Part shown: one piece after another, positions 38,581 through 48,903 of the stretch | Position numbering within the stretch: position 1 is the first letter of the stretch | Layout: every line of letters starts with the position of its first letter | Virus record (IMG/VR): IMGVR_UViG_3300021197_001931 | Span: 64,001 to 128,000 of that record | Origin: a virus | Length of the DNA: 64,000 nt | Strand: one strand, 5' to 3' | The notes under the pieces: generated by a model | The model's database searches: none | What the model was told of the DNA's origin: nothing | What the model saw: the letters and a program-made list of their open reading frames with translations, nothing else | Translations under genes and position numbers: made by a program

Positions 38581-39435
38581 TTGGCAAGAAACAATTCGGG
38601 GCGCACAAAAAGCGCTAAACCTAAAAAAACAGTAGAACAAGAGGCCCCACCGCCTAAAACATCAGTATTAGATTTTGTGACGCCAACTGAATTTGTTGAG
38701 CTTCCAAGTAATGGTAGATTTTACAATACATCTCACCCATTGCATCGCCAAGAAACAGTTGAAATTAGATTCATGACTGCAAAGGATGAAGATATTTTAA
38801 CAAGCCAAACTCTTCTTCGCAAGGGCTTGGCTTTAGAAAAGTTTCTTCAAAATGTTTTAGTAAATAAATCAATTGACCCTTCAACCTTATTGGTGGGTGA
38901 TAGAAACGCTATCCTAGTAGCTGCTAGAATCACAGGGTATGGGTCAAATTATGAAACAAACACGCCATGTCCATCTTGCGGGAACAAGGACATTTTTTCA
39001 TTTAATTTAAATGACGGATCAATTTATTCAGGTGATGACTTGGGCGATATGGAGATTCATGAAACGGATCACTATACTTTTACGACGACACTTCCTATGA
39101 CAAAAGTTAACGCAGAATTTAGACTTTTAACTGGTGAAGATGAGTCATTTATTACTCGTAATAATGTTAGAAGAAAGAAAACTTCTGCCCTTGAAACAAG
39201 CCTAACCACTCAGATGGCTAGGTGTATTGTGTCTCTAAATGGTGACACAGATAGGTCTATTGTAAATCAGTTTGTTGAACTAATGCCGGCATTTGATTCA
39301 CGTCATATAAGAAGCGCTATCAAGAGAGTAACTCCAAACTTAGATTTAACACAAGCGTATAGGTGCTCAGAGTGTAATCATGAGCAAGAAATGGAGGTGC
39401 CGTTTACAACGGATTTCTTTTGGCCTAACAGATAA
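38581..39435 (+). CDS. tail/baseplate assembly chaperone (gp26-like)
   Basis: VELPSNG, MTAKDEDIL, CPSC...CSEC, ends DFFWPNR; TTG start after GAGGT. Confidence 0.8.
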   Translation: MARNNSGRTKSAKPKKTVEQEAPPPKTSVLDFVTPTEFVELPSNGRFYNTSHPLHRQETVEIRFMTAKDEDILTSQTLLRKGLALEKFLQNVLVNKSIDPSTLLVGDRNAILVAARITGYGSNYETNTPCPSCGNKDIFSFNLNDGSIYSGDDLGDMEIHETDHYTFTTTLPMTKVNAEFRLLTGEDESFITRNNVRRKKTSALETSLTTQMARCIVSLNGDTDRSIVNQFVELMPAFDSRHIRSAIKRVTPNLDLTQAYRCSECNHEQEMEVPFTTDFFWPNR

Positions 39436-39637
39436 ATATATTGAAAATGTTTACGAGCAGTTTTTCTTTTTAATGTATCATGGTAAGTGGGATTTTCAAC
39501 AATCCTATAATTTACCAGTTGGTTTGAGAGAATGGTTTACAAAAAGACTTCTAAAACAACTAGAAGACGAAAAAGAAGCAAGAGAAAATGCTTCAAGCAA
39601 CAAAAAGACCCACACTATACCATCTAACTTACCTTAA
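39422..39637 (+). CDS. +1-frame extension of the tail chaperone (or separate small gene)
   Basis: GLTDKY...YNLPVGLREWF; no good SD for its own start; lies between chaperone and tape measure genes. Confidence 0.65.
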   Translation, partial: GLTDKYIENVYEQFFFLMYHGKWDFQQSYNLPVGLREWFTKRLLKQLEDEKEARENASSNKKTHTIPSNLP

Positions 39638-39640
39638 CCA

Positions 39641-39673
39641 TAAAGCCGGGACACATGTTCTGGCTTTATTTTT
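39641..39673 (+). terminator. rho-independent terminator
   Basis: TAAAGCCGGGAC-ACAT-GTTCTGGCTTTA followed by T5. Confidence 0.75.
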
Positions 39674-39733
39674 ATTTAAAACTAATTATTTAAGCAAAAG
39701 GGGTTAATAGACATACAGTCTAGAATATTTATT

Positions 39734-41596
39734 ATGGCCGATAGAAAAGAACAGTTAGAAAATCAAATTAAAGCCCTGAACGCCTCTAAAGAGCAGCTTA
39801 AAATCGAGGAGCGGCTGGCAGCCCAGCGTAAGGACTACGCTAGTGAAGCGGAAAAAATACTTGAACATCAACAAGAAGAGATAAAACTCTCACGAGCCAA
39901 CATAGAGCTGAAGAAAGAGCAGAAAAAACTCAGTGCAGGGCTGCGCGCTTCCATGGAGGCAGACTTAGCAGATCAAATAAATAAATATGAGCAGATTAAG
40001 AAAACGCAACAGGATATACAAAACATACAAAGCTCAACTGATGATCTTATGGGAAGCATTGCTTCAAAGATTGGTCTTTCCAACAAGGGTAGCGCTGAAT
40101 TTTTAAAAAACATATTGGGAGCAAAAGATCAAACTCAAGCTCTTAAAATCGCCTGGGGTAGAGCGGCAGCAAATATTGGAAAGTTTGCAACAGCAGCTGG
40201 AGTTGCCGCTGCAAGCGTAATGGCAATAGGCAAAGCGACAGCAGACGCTGTTGTAGAAATTGATCGAGTAAGGGCTGGTTTTGTTGGCGTTACTGCGGAT
40301 ACATCCGATGCGATGAAGATGGCCGAGAGACTTACCTTTAGCAACCTGGAATTGGCGATATCTTTTGGAGAAATGTCAAAAGCTCAAGTGCAACTTAGAA
40401 CGCAGTTCGCACAATTTGGATTCCTATCCGATAGTGTTAGGGAGAGCGTAACTCTACAGGGTGCGCAATTACAAAAACTTGGTGTTGATGCGGGAACAAC
40501 TGCAACAATCATGAACACTTTAACAATGTCTTTTGGTCAATCCGCGACTGAGGCTGCTGGGACTCAAAGGGAAATAATAGGTCTCGGCCAGGCCCTAAAA
40601 ATACCTCCTGCGATTATCGCCCGTGATTTTGCACAAGCGCTGCCGCATTTAGCACAGTTTGGCAATCAGGCAGTTCGAGTTTTTGAGGAACTTAGTGTTG
40701 CGGCACGGCAAGCTGGCGTTTCAGTTTCAGACTTAACGGGAATATTTGGAGACCAGTTTAATACTTTTGAAGGTGCTGTAGGTGCGGCTGGACGCCTTAA
40801 CCAAGCTCTTAGGTCAGATGTGTTTAGTGGCATGGAATTGTTGATGGCGGATACCGCTGAAAGACAAAGGATGATAAAAGAGGGCTTAAGGTTATCCGGA
40901 GTAGAGTTCCAGAACCTAGAGAGATATGAGAAGTTATACATTGCGAATGCTATAGGAATCAGAGATGTAGCGCAGGCTGCGGCTATTTTGGGTGATTCTC
41001 AAGAACAAGTTGCCATGCGTATTGGCGATACTAGTTTCTCAATGACAGAAATGGAAGAGATGACCAAGAGTGCTACTGCGACCATGGATAAGCTACAATT
41101 TGTATTTATACAGCTAGCAGTTGCAGTTACCCCACTTGCTGACCTTTTTGCTGTTATAATTCAAGGGTTTTTGGATTTTGTCAATGTCATTCCTGGTGGC
41201 ATGGGGACAATAGTTGCTCTGGTTGGTGCGCTTGCCGGATTTGCAACAGGAGGTCCAGTAGGAGCGGTAATTGGTATTGGATCTGCATTGTTAGGGGGTG
41301 CAGCTGCTACTGGTGTTGGGACAAGAGTTGGTGATGCACACTTTGGCCCAGGAGAAGTAAAGCAAATTGTTATGAATGACGGAAGCGTTGCCATTCCAAA
41401 TAAAAATGATAGCATAAACGCCGCAAAAGATCAACCTTTAGATATGATAAATGAGCTAAAAGAAATAAAAAATGCGATTCTTCAAAGCAATAATGGCGGG
41501 TCAAAGTTTGTATTAGAAATTGAGGGAAGAGCATTTGACGCACCAGTAAAAAGAATAATTAAAGACACCACTCTTGGCCCTGCGGGTCTTTTTTAA
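39734..41596 (+). CDS. tape measure protein
   Basis: Ala-rich helical protein with hydrophobic Gly-rich C-terminal segment; synteny; ACTAATTA at 39681. Confidence 0.85.
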   Translation: MADRKEQLENQIKALNASKEQLKIEERLAAQRKDYASEAEKILEHQQEEIKLSRANIELKKEQKKLSAGLRASMEADLADQINKYEQIKKTQQDIQNIQSSTDDLMGSIASKIGLSNKGSAEFLKNILGAKDQTQALKIAWGRAAANIGKFATAAGVAAASVMAIGKATADAVVEIDRVRAGFVGVTADTSDAMKMAERLTFSNLELAISFGEMSKAQVQLRTQFAQFGFLSDSVRESVTLQGAQLQKLGVDAGTTATIMNTLTMSFGQSATEAAGTQREIIGLGQALKIPPAIIARDFAQALPHLAQFGNQAVRVFEELSVAARQAGVSVSDLTGIFGDQFNTFEGAVGAAGRLNQALRSDVFSGMELLMADTAERQRMIKEGLRLSGVEFQNLERYEKLYIANAIGIRDVAQAAAILGDSQEQVAMRIGDTSFSMTEMEEMTKSATATMDKLQFVFIQLAVAVTPLADLFAVIIQGFLDFVNVIPGGMGTIVALVGALAGFATGGPVGAVIGIGSALLGGAAATGVGTRVGDAHFGPGEVKQIVMNDGSVAIPNKNDSINAAKDQPLDMINELKEIKNAILQSNNGGSKFVLEIEGRAFDAPVKRIIKDTTLGPAGLF

Positions 41597-41617
41597 AACT
41601 TTAGATTATATACTATT

Positions 41618-42511
41618 ATGGCAGAAACAATATTTAGCAATGGCGACAGTTCTGATAACTATGCAAACAAAAAAGCATTGTATCTTAGCTTTTTTCATTT
41701 AGCTAGCAAAAAAGAAGTTAATTTTAAGGCGTTCGTAACAAGCTATAGTGAGACACTGTCCACTGAGTGGAATCTAGAGCAAGTATTTGGACGCAATGAT
41801 CCTATTGCTACTTTTAAATCCACAGCAAGAAGAGTTTCTGTAAGCTGGGTCATTCCGGCTGCCTCTTTGGATGAGGCAAAAGTAAATTTAGGTAGATGTA
41901 ATCTTTTATCCCAATTTATGTATCCAGCCTATACTAACTTAGATGGAGACGCCTCAACTTTATCCAAACCTCCTTTGATGAGAATAAGATTTGCAAATTT
42001 AATAAAAAATTCTTCACTTGGTGATGATGCTGGTGCGAGGGTGTCTGGGCTCTTATCTGCGGTTAATGCGATAACAATTACTCCATCATTTGACGACACA
42101 AGTGGGTTTTTTGATCCTGGTCAGGGAAAACTTTTCCCTAAGTTGATAACCGTAAACTTGGACTTTACTGCGCTTCACGAGCATCAATTAGGATGGGGAA
42201 CATCCTCTGGGTTTGAATCACAAGAATTACAAGACTTTCCTTTTGGTAACGCAGTTGTACCTAGACCAGGCAATTCCCCAGAGGCTAGAGTGATCTCCCC
42301 AGCTGCGAATGGAGCTTCAAGTGGCGATGTGGATGATAGCGTGGCCCCTCCCAATGGAACACCGGCACAGCGCTCCAGTGAAGAATCAGAGAGAGTTAAT
42401 GCAGAAACTGAAGAAGAGGCGCTTCTTCTAACTGACGGCGCCGGGGCCGGCGGTATGGCACAGCCAAGCGATAGGGGCTGGTTGCGACCTAGGTCTGGAA
42501 CAACAGGGTAA
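41618..42511 (+). CDS. baseplate tube-initiator-like protein
   Basis: FKAFVTSYSE, FGRNDPI, PPLMRIRF; synteny. Confidence 0.65.
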   Translation: MAETIFSNGDSSDNYANKKALYLSFFHLASKKEVNFKAFVTSYSETLSTEWNLEQVFGRNDPIATFKSTARRVSVSWVIPAASLDEAKVNLGRCNLLSQFMYPAYTNLDGDASTLSKPPLMRIRFANLIKNSSLGDDAGARVSGLLSAVNAITITPSFDDTSGFFDPGQGKLFPKLITVNLDFTALHEHQLGWGTSSGFESQELQDFPFGNAVVPRPGNSPEARVISPAANGASSGDVDDSVAPPNGTPAQRSSEESERVNAETEEEALLLTDGAGAGGMAQPSDRGWLRPRSGTTG

Positions 42512-42517
42512 TATATA

Positions 42518-42856
42518 ATGTCTAGATATGCAAATGAAACTCCATTTTTAAACGATTCAGAATTTTACGAAGAATTCTTCAAGGAAAGAAACGTAAAATA
42601 TATTAGACACTTTAGGAGTGGAAAAATACGCCACCCAACTATAAAAGAGAGAGCATCTCTTGAGAGAGTTAGGCATATCTGGAAAGTTGGGGATCGGTTT
42701 TATAAATTAGCTCACAGATATTATGGCGACCCATCCCTATGGTGGATTATTGCGTGGTTCAACTTAAGACCAACAGAGGGGCACTGTGAGACGGGAGATT
42801 TAATTAGAATCCCGTTGCCACTAGATAGGGTTCTGGAAATGTTGAGGTATGAATAG
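42518..42856 (+). CDS. LysM-like baseplate protein (gp53/gpX-like)
   Basis: GDRFYKLAHRYYGDPSLWWIIA..N...GDLIRIP. Confidence 0.85.
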   Translation: MSRYANETPFLNDSEFYEEFFKERNVKYIRHFRSGKIRHPTIKERASLERVRHIWKVGDRFYKLAHRYYGDPSLWWIIAWFNLRPTEGHCETGDLIRIPLPLDRVLEMLRYE

Positions 42857-45800
42857 ATGGCACATGAAGACGGACACGATGAAGCTGAACCACAAGGAGG
42901 CAACGTTGGCCTTAGATTGTCCGACGATCAGTGGATCGTAAACAATGGCTATTCAGCAGACTACACAGCAAACTCAATTCGTCAAAGTCTAATCAACAGC
43001 ATTAATGAAGGCACAGCAATTAGAAGGGGAGTTTTCATAACCTTGCAAGAGTGGTTTGATTCTGAGGTTAGGACGAACAATGCTCGGTCATGGTTTGCAA
43101 ACGTATCAAATTTAAATATAACAATAGGTGGATCTCCTGACTTTCGACTTGCATATAACGCGACTCAGGCCGTCAACAATGGAGACATAAGGCCATTCGT
43201 TGCGGCTGGTTTCTCTGCGAGGGCGACTGCAATTATAGCTTCAAATCCCGACTCCTCTTTTCGAAATGTAGCTAGAAATGGCTACGTCCACAATAGAATT
43301 AGAAATATATACACGTTTCCCAGCGGCCCAGTGCCTCGTGACATTGTGGAGCAAGTACAGGGAAATTTGCAACAATTTTACGCTGACTCCGAGTCAGAGG
43401 TTAAAACAAGAGAGCAGCTAGATGAATTTATAAGAACAAAGTTTGTAGCGATTCTTGAAACACTGGGGGCGCCTGGTGATATAAATCAAGATCAGCAAGA
43501 TGCATATACCAGATGGGCCACTGGTGATTCAACACTTACAACGACAGATAATTTTCAAGTTGCAATTCGAAATTATCTATATCAACAATTTGCATGGCTT
43601 TATTATACACTCAGGGCTCAACAATTTGTAGATCCATCTCTTGGAAACGACGGCACGCAATTAATGAGTGAAGTGTTGCTCGACATGGACCTGAATGGCC
43701 TTGCCGAAATATATAAAAATGCCCGAATACGCGAGCTAGTCTCTGAGGCTCGTATTGATGCTACTGCAGATAATAGTATAGCCCAAGCTGCAGCGCGAGC
43801 GATTTTGGGCGACCAGGCTTTCGAGGACCTTACAGTAGTTGGACAACAGCTTGGCCTGATAGAAGAAGCAGAGACAGATGATATTGAAGAAACGTTAGAG
43901 GAGAATATAGAGGCACAAGTAGATAACACAAGAACAATACCTCCTGCGCAGTTGGCGCAACAAAGAAGGCTCGCAGAACAAGCATTTTTATTAGATTACT
44001 TAGACAGGTATGCCCTAATCAATAAAAAAAGAGGCGAAAGATATGTTACCCCCGATGGGGATCCTCACTTCATTATGGTTCATGGTCCTACCGATACCAT
44101 AGTAAATAAATTAATGTATAACCCTGCTCTAGAAGAATTAGATTCAATCAAAACATCTGAGTTATCTGGCCTTGTACCAAAAATACGATTATACAAATCA
44201 AGTTACCTACCAACCGAAGATTTTATTAGAGGTAGGGAAATAAGACACAACATACCTTTTAAAAGTTTTATAAATCCCCAAGAAATAGAAGACATGCTGA
44301 CTTCAGATTTTGATAGGGGCCAGGGAGTTGGCATAAAGAGTTTTGAATGGCGTCTTGAGGGGCGAGATCCTTTTGCGGCCCGTAGGGATATATTTGCTAG
44401 GTTGACACTATTTTTTCAAACTATGGATGAGTTTATAAAAACTCGAAATGCGCCAAATCCAAAGTTTGTTGATAATCAGCAAGATGTACCATTACAGGGC
44501 GGCGATGATCCATTTAGTTTTAGATATGTTGATTTAGTAAACATAGGAATGGCCCATCCTGAAAAGAATTTTATATGGGATCCAGACTATTACAAGATTG
44601 AGGCTGAAGTTGGTTGGCACGACCCTGGTGACAGGGGAGACAGTAGCACTTTTTTAAGTGAGGGAACAAGAAACGCCATAAAAAACTCTACTATGGTTCT
44701 TCATTTGGCTGCATATGACCACGAGATTGACATAAATGACGAAGGCAATGTAACTTTAACCATAGAATATCTCGCTTGGCAAGAGGGCGTTTATTTGGGC
44801 CCAGATTCCGATATTTTGTCAACCCCAGAAAGAAGAAGAGATAGACTCAGGTATGTCAAAATTTTAGCTGACAGGCAAAAAGGAAACTGCCCAGAACAAT
44901 ATATTGCAGATTTGCAGGAGGAATACAAGAAAAAAGTTAGAAGACAGAATACAGAGAGTTGGGGGAGGTTACTAAATGGATTATATGAAAACGATAGAAT
45001 ATTTTTTACGAAAGTAGATACAGACTTTTTGGATATTTACCTAAACGAGGGCCGTTCCGGTATTGTACAGCCAATGTTAGAAGAGCTTGGCCTGTCTACT
45101 CCTTTAGCTGAATTTGATCCGGCTGACCCCTCTAACACAGATGCGGCTGCTCCAGCATCCCAAGAAGAGTTGGAATCTAGGATGCCCGAGAGCGTAGATG
45201 GTGCTAATTTTGATGAAAACGAGACTATTTTAGAGTCTTTAAAGGAGCTTCAATATACTCAAGATGACGAGAACTATCATTTACAATTTTTTTATTTTGG
45301 AGATCTGCTTCAAACTGCTCTAGAGGTTGTTCACTCTGACCAAACTCCCCAAGAGGACTCATATGGAGCGAGAAACAAGCTAAAAGAAAATATGAGAATT
45401 CTATTGGGCCCAATCAGCTATGAATTAAACAGAAGAGTTACAGAAAGTGAGGCTCCAGAGAGTATAGCCTCTAAATACATACAAGAGTTAATATATGATA
45501 TAAATCTTGCTGACATTCCTATATCTGTCCACTACTTTATTGATTGGTTTTTAACCAAGGTTGTCGCCCAAGAAAGAACAATATATCCCGTCCTGTCCTT
45601 CATCAGAGAGGTAACTAGTGACCTAATAGCTAACGCTATGAGAACACAAAGCGGAGCAGAGAGAAATGTAGCCAGACAAGAGCTACAGCTTAGAACAAAT
45701 TTTTTTACTGCAGCTGGTTCTAGTAGAGGGCAGGAAGAGAAGCTGTTTCAATATCCATACTTAAATTCTGTCCCTAGCGGCGGTGGGGACTCAGTTTTTA

Positions 45801-46474
45801 TAGAAGAGGACCCCTCTTCGGTCTTCACCAGGGTCAACCTGGCGGGCCCTGGTATAAATTTGCCAAGGCCAATACTTTCAAAGCCTCAAATAAATCAAAA
45901 ATCCTATGATTATATGCTAGTTTACGCCATAAATACTGGGGCCACTGAAGACTTGGATGGTGATAGAGACAAAGACAGAGAAAGGGGAATTTACCATTTT
46001 GGCATAGGAAAACCATATGGCATAATTAAAAATATTAAATTCTCAAAAACAGATATTCCATTTTTAAGAGAAAGCAGGCTAGAGCAAGAGTTTTTAGGTC
46101 AATTGACTGGTCTAGCGGTTCTGGCGAACGTTTACAACGTTACTATAGAGTGCTACGGAACAACTATGTTCCACCCAGGCATGAAGATCTATGTCAACCC
46201 GCTTGGTCTATCTCCAAAGTTTGGCTCCCCAGTGCCCCGAAGTGGCAAATCGTCCCCCGCCAGCATTCTAGGAATTGGGGGATATCATGTCGTGACAAAA
46301 GTTCACTCCCGCATTGAGAGGGGCCTCTATGTAACTACGATAACTGCAATATGGGAGTCAGCGGGGGCTTCTTTGGCAGATTCGGGAACAAGTGTTGCTC
46401 AAATTGGTGAGGCTGATATTGATTGTGTTACAACACGTAAAGAAATTAAATCACTATTGACTTCAATTTCTTAG
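42857..46474 (+). CDS. large baseplate hub protein (gp27/VgrG-like C-terminus)
   Basis: C-terminal TIECYGTTMFHPGM...GGYHVVTKVHSRI...YVTTITA; follows the LysM gene. Confidence 0.6.
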   Translation: MAHEDGHDEAEPQGGNVGLRLSDDQWIVNNGYSADYTANSIRQSLINSINEGTAIRRGVFITLQEWFDSEVRTNNARSWFANVSNLNITIGGSPDFRLAYNATQAVNNGDIRPFVAAGFSARATAIIASNPDSSFRNVARNGYVHNRIRNIYTFPSGPVPRDIVEQVQGNLQQFYADSESEVKTREQLDEFIRTKFVAILETLGAPGDINQDQQDAYTRWATGDSTLTTTDNFQVAIRNYLYQQFAWLYYTLRAQQFVDPSLGNDGTQLMSEVLLDMDLNGLAEIYKNARIRELVSEARIDATADNSIAQAAARAILGDQAFEDLTVVGQQLGLIEEAETDDIEETLEENIEAQVDNTRTIPPAQLAQQRRLAEQAFLLDYLDRYALINKKRGERYVTPDGDPHFIMVHGPTDTIVNKLMYNPALEELDSIKTSELSGLVPKIRLYKSSYLPTEDFIRGREIRHNIPFKSFINPQEIEDMLTSDFDRGQGVGIKSFEWRLEGRDPFAARRDIFARLTLFFQTMDEFIKTRNAPNPKFVDNQQDVPLQGGDDPFSFRYVDLVNIGMAHPEKNFIWDPDYYKIEAEVGWHDPGDRGDSSTFLSEGTRNAIKNSTMVLHLAAYDHEIDINDEGNVTLTIEYLAWQEGVYLGPDSDILSTPERRRDRLRYVKILADRQKGNCPEQYIADLQEEYKKKVRRQNTESWGRLLNGLYENDRIFFTKVDTDFLDIYLNEGRSGIVQPMLEELGLSTPLAEFDPADPSNTDAAAPASQEELESRMPESVDGANFDENETILESLKELQYTQDDENYHLQFFYFGDLLQTALEVVHSDQTPQEDSYGARNKLKENMRILLGPISYELNRRVTESEAPESIASKYIQELIYDINLADIPISVHYFIDWFLTKVVAQERTIYPVLSFIREVTSDLIANAMRTQSGAERNVARQELQLRTNFFTAAGSSRGQEEKLFQYPYLNSVPSGGGDSVFIEEDPSSVFTRVNLAGPGINLPRPILSKPQINQKSYDYMLVYAINTGATEDLDGDRDKDRERGIYHFGIGKPYGIIKNIKFSKTDIPFLRESRLEQEFLGQLTGLAVLANVYNVTIECYGTTMFHPGMKIYVNPLGLSPKFGSPVPRSGKSSPASILGIGGYHVVTKVHSRIERGLYVTTITAIWESAGASLADSGTSVAQIGEADIDCVTTRKEIKSLLTSIS

Positions 46475-46492
46475 TATGAAATAATTATTATA

Positions 46493-47710
46493 ATGGCTAA
46501 CTTTCAAGGCAAAAACAAACAAACTATAAAAAAGTTATTTTATGAAAGACTAAAATATTCATCACAAGCTTTTCCATCAAACGAAAGCCTAGTAGGAGTG
46601 ATCAAAAACTTTCAATTTGCAGAAAGAGCAATGTATGGAAGAATGAATAAAGAACATATTGCAATTTCTTTAAATACGAGCGAAATGAAGAGCTTAAAAA
46701 GCACTAAAGACCCTAAAAAACAAACTATGGTTGTAAATTTTGTTGCAGATGCTTTTGAAAACTTTATAATTGAATTTCAAAAAGCATCTATTTCTGGGAA
46801 ACTAGACGCTGATGATCCTTACCTATTTGATGTCAAAGCCTATAGGGGCTTTATAGACCCAGTTAAGGGCTATCGAGATTACACTAGTAAAATTATTAAT
46901 ATTTTTAATACAAAGTTTTTAACAAAAGAGAGAAGAGAGACAATTAACGATTTTTCCTCTTTTTTTGTCTTATTTTCTTCATACTTGAGTGAGATCTCAG
47001 AATCGTTACCAATAACTTTTGGTTCATATATTACAAGCATTTATTCTGGAGCTTTAAACACGGGCCTAGCAATACATATTTCTGATTTAGATGCATCAAA
47101 TGATTCTGTAAAAGAAGAATTCATTAACAGCACTAATTTTCAATTCTATAAAGTGACTGCCGAAAAACATGGATTTTCAATAAACAAAAATGCCCCTTGG
47201 ATTTTAACTGCCGACATAGCCAGCCCATCCATGCTAAGGTATTCATCCCGATACGGATTTGATAGCGAAGACTCTATACTGTCTGGCTATTATTACAAGG
47301 CCTACACGAAGGACATTGGAAATTTAAAAAGTCTGTTCTATAGGGCCTATAGCCTGTTAATTAGCGAAAAGCCTAAAAACATAAAAGTTAACGATTTTGG
47401 TATGAGAGATGTGACCTGTAGGGCCGAATTGTCCTTACAAGAATTTGGGGAAAGTTACCCTGACAGAAAATGGGTTGACTTTTACGTTGATATTAGATAT
47501 GTTGAGCAACATAAACCTGTGAGTCTGGCTTTTATGAAAATCGTTAAACGAGAAGCAAAGTCGATACAAGCACTAAGTGGTACTGGGGCAGCTCAACAGT
47601 ATATCAACACAGTAATCCGAGGATTTGACAATCACAAAGGCTCTTTTGCTCAAAAAGTTGCAAAACAGCAGTTCAAAAAAGATAAAAAAATAACTAAACC
47701 AACATATTAA
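46493..47710 (+). CDS. hypothetical protein
   Basis: 405-aa AT-rich ORF whose stop overlaps the polA start. Confidence 0.6.
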   Translation: MANFQGKNKQTIKKLFYERLKYSSQAFPSNESLVGVIKNFQFAERAMYGRMNKEHIAISLNTSEMKSLKSTKDPKKQTMVVNFVADAFENFIIEFQKASISGKLDADDPYLFDVKAYRGFIDPVKGYRDYTSKIINIFNTKFLTKERRETINDFSSFFVLFSSYLSEISESLPITFGSYITSIYSGALNTGLAIHISDLDASNDSVKEEFINSTNFQFYKVTAEKHGFSINKNAPWILTADIASPSMLRYSSRYGFDSEDSILSGYYYKAYTKDIGNLKSLFYRAYSLLISEKPKNIKVNDFGMRDVTCRAELSLQEFGESYPDRKWVDFYVDIRYVEQHKPVSLAFMKIVKREAKSIQALSGTGAAQQYINTVIRGFDNHKGSFAQKVAKQQFKKDKKITKPTY

Positions 47711-48903
47711 TGATTTTCCAAACACTCGATAACAAAAGGGAGTGTGTCGGTGTATTTCTCAATGGAGAACTACATTTTGATAACGTTCCTGATAATCTTA
47801 CTCGTACATGGTCTTATTCTTCGTTTCTAGAGGACTATGATGGTATCGAATATGCATTCCTGTATGCTAAGAGGCCCCTAGACGAGGCGTGCCCCAGACA
47901 CTTGGGTGATGAGTGGGATTCCATCAACAATCGCCTCAAAGCGTTTCTTACGGCCTTTAAGGAGTCTAAAATAGATTTGTCCAAAAACTGCTTTTTTGAC
48001 CTAGTTCCCCAGAAGTTTCTAAAGCAATACTGCTCTGTTCGCAACAAGATTACTGAGTATGTGATAAACAATTATCACAAACCAGAAAACTACGATTTTT
48101 TGGTAAACCTAGCAAAAATTACGCATGACATGAAGTTTAGGGATTTGAATATTGATAAAACTGAATTGCGTGACCTAATGCACGAGGAGAAAACTAGAAA
48201 ATTTGCTTATAAGCTGGGTCACATCTCACATTCTTGCAATTATAATATTTTTGGAACAAAGACAGGCAGATTGACCACCAAGAAGAACAGTTTTCCTATA
48301 CTTACAATGGATAAGAGATATAGAAAAATTATCAAGCCAACAAACGATTGGTTTGTATCTCTAGATTTTAATGGCGCTGAACTAAGAACTTTTCTAGCAC
48401 TCGCAGGAATTAGCCAGCCAGATGTAGATGTACATGAGTGGAATCGCATCAATGCTTATAATGAAGTTGGTAGCCGGAAAGAGGTAAAGGAAAGGTTTTT
48501 TGCGTGGCTTTACAATATGGAATCCAAGGATTACCTTTCTCATAGAATTTACGGCAAAAGTAGAGAAAAGGTCATAGAAGAGTATTATCAAAACAACAGC
48601 ATTACAAATCCCTTTGGCAGGTCTATTTCAGCAGACGATTATCATGCCATGAGTTATCTAATTCAAAGCACTTGTTCGGATGTTGTGCTGCGACAAATGA
48701 TTAAGTTGAACAAATACTTGCAGGATAAGGATTCTTTTGTTGCATTTTGTGTGCATGATGAAGTAGTCTTGGACCTTACCGATGTTGAGTGTAAGCTAAT
48801 CAATGTTTTGGTTGAATATTTTACAAATACGCCTTTAGGAAATTTTAAAGTTAATGTAAACTATGGCAAGAATTATGGAGAAATGAGAGAATGGATTCAA
48901 TAA
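47710..48903 (+). CDS. minimal family A DNA polymerase
   Basis: TKTGRLT; motif A LDFNGAELR; motif B RKEVKERFFAWLY; YLIQST; motif C VHDEV. Confidence 0.85.
   Translation: MIFQTLDNKRECVGVFLNGELHFDNVPDNLTRTWSYSSFLEDYDGIEYAFLYAKRPLDEACPRHLGDEWDSINNRLKAFLTAFKESKIDLSKNCFFDLVPQKFLKQYCSVRNKITEYVINNYHKPENYDFLVNLAKITHDMKFRDLNIDKTELRDLMHEEKTRKFAYKLGHISHSCNYNIFGTKTGRLTTKKNSFPILTMDKRYRKIIKPTNDWFVSLDFNGAELRTFLALAGISQPDVDVHEWNRINAYNEVGSRKEVKERFFAWLYNMESKDYLSHRIYGKSREKVIEEYYQNNSITNPFGRSISADDYHAMSYLIQSTCSDVVLRQMIKLNKYLQDKDSFVAFCVHDEVVLDLTDVECKLINVLVEYFTNTPLGNFKVNVNYGKNYGEMREWIQ

Noticed and set aside
47625-47655. TTGACA upstream of polA (also at 9344)
   Set aside because: No acceptable -10 hexamer at 16-18 nt spacing.
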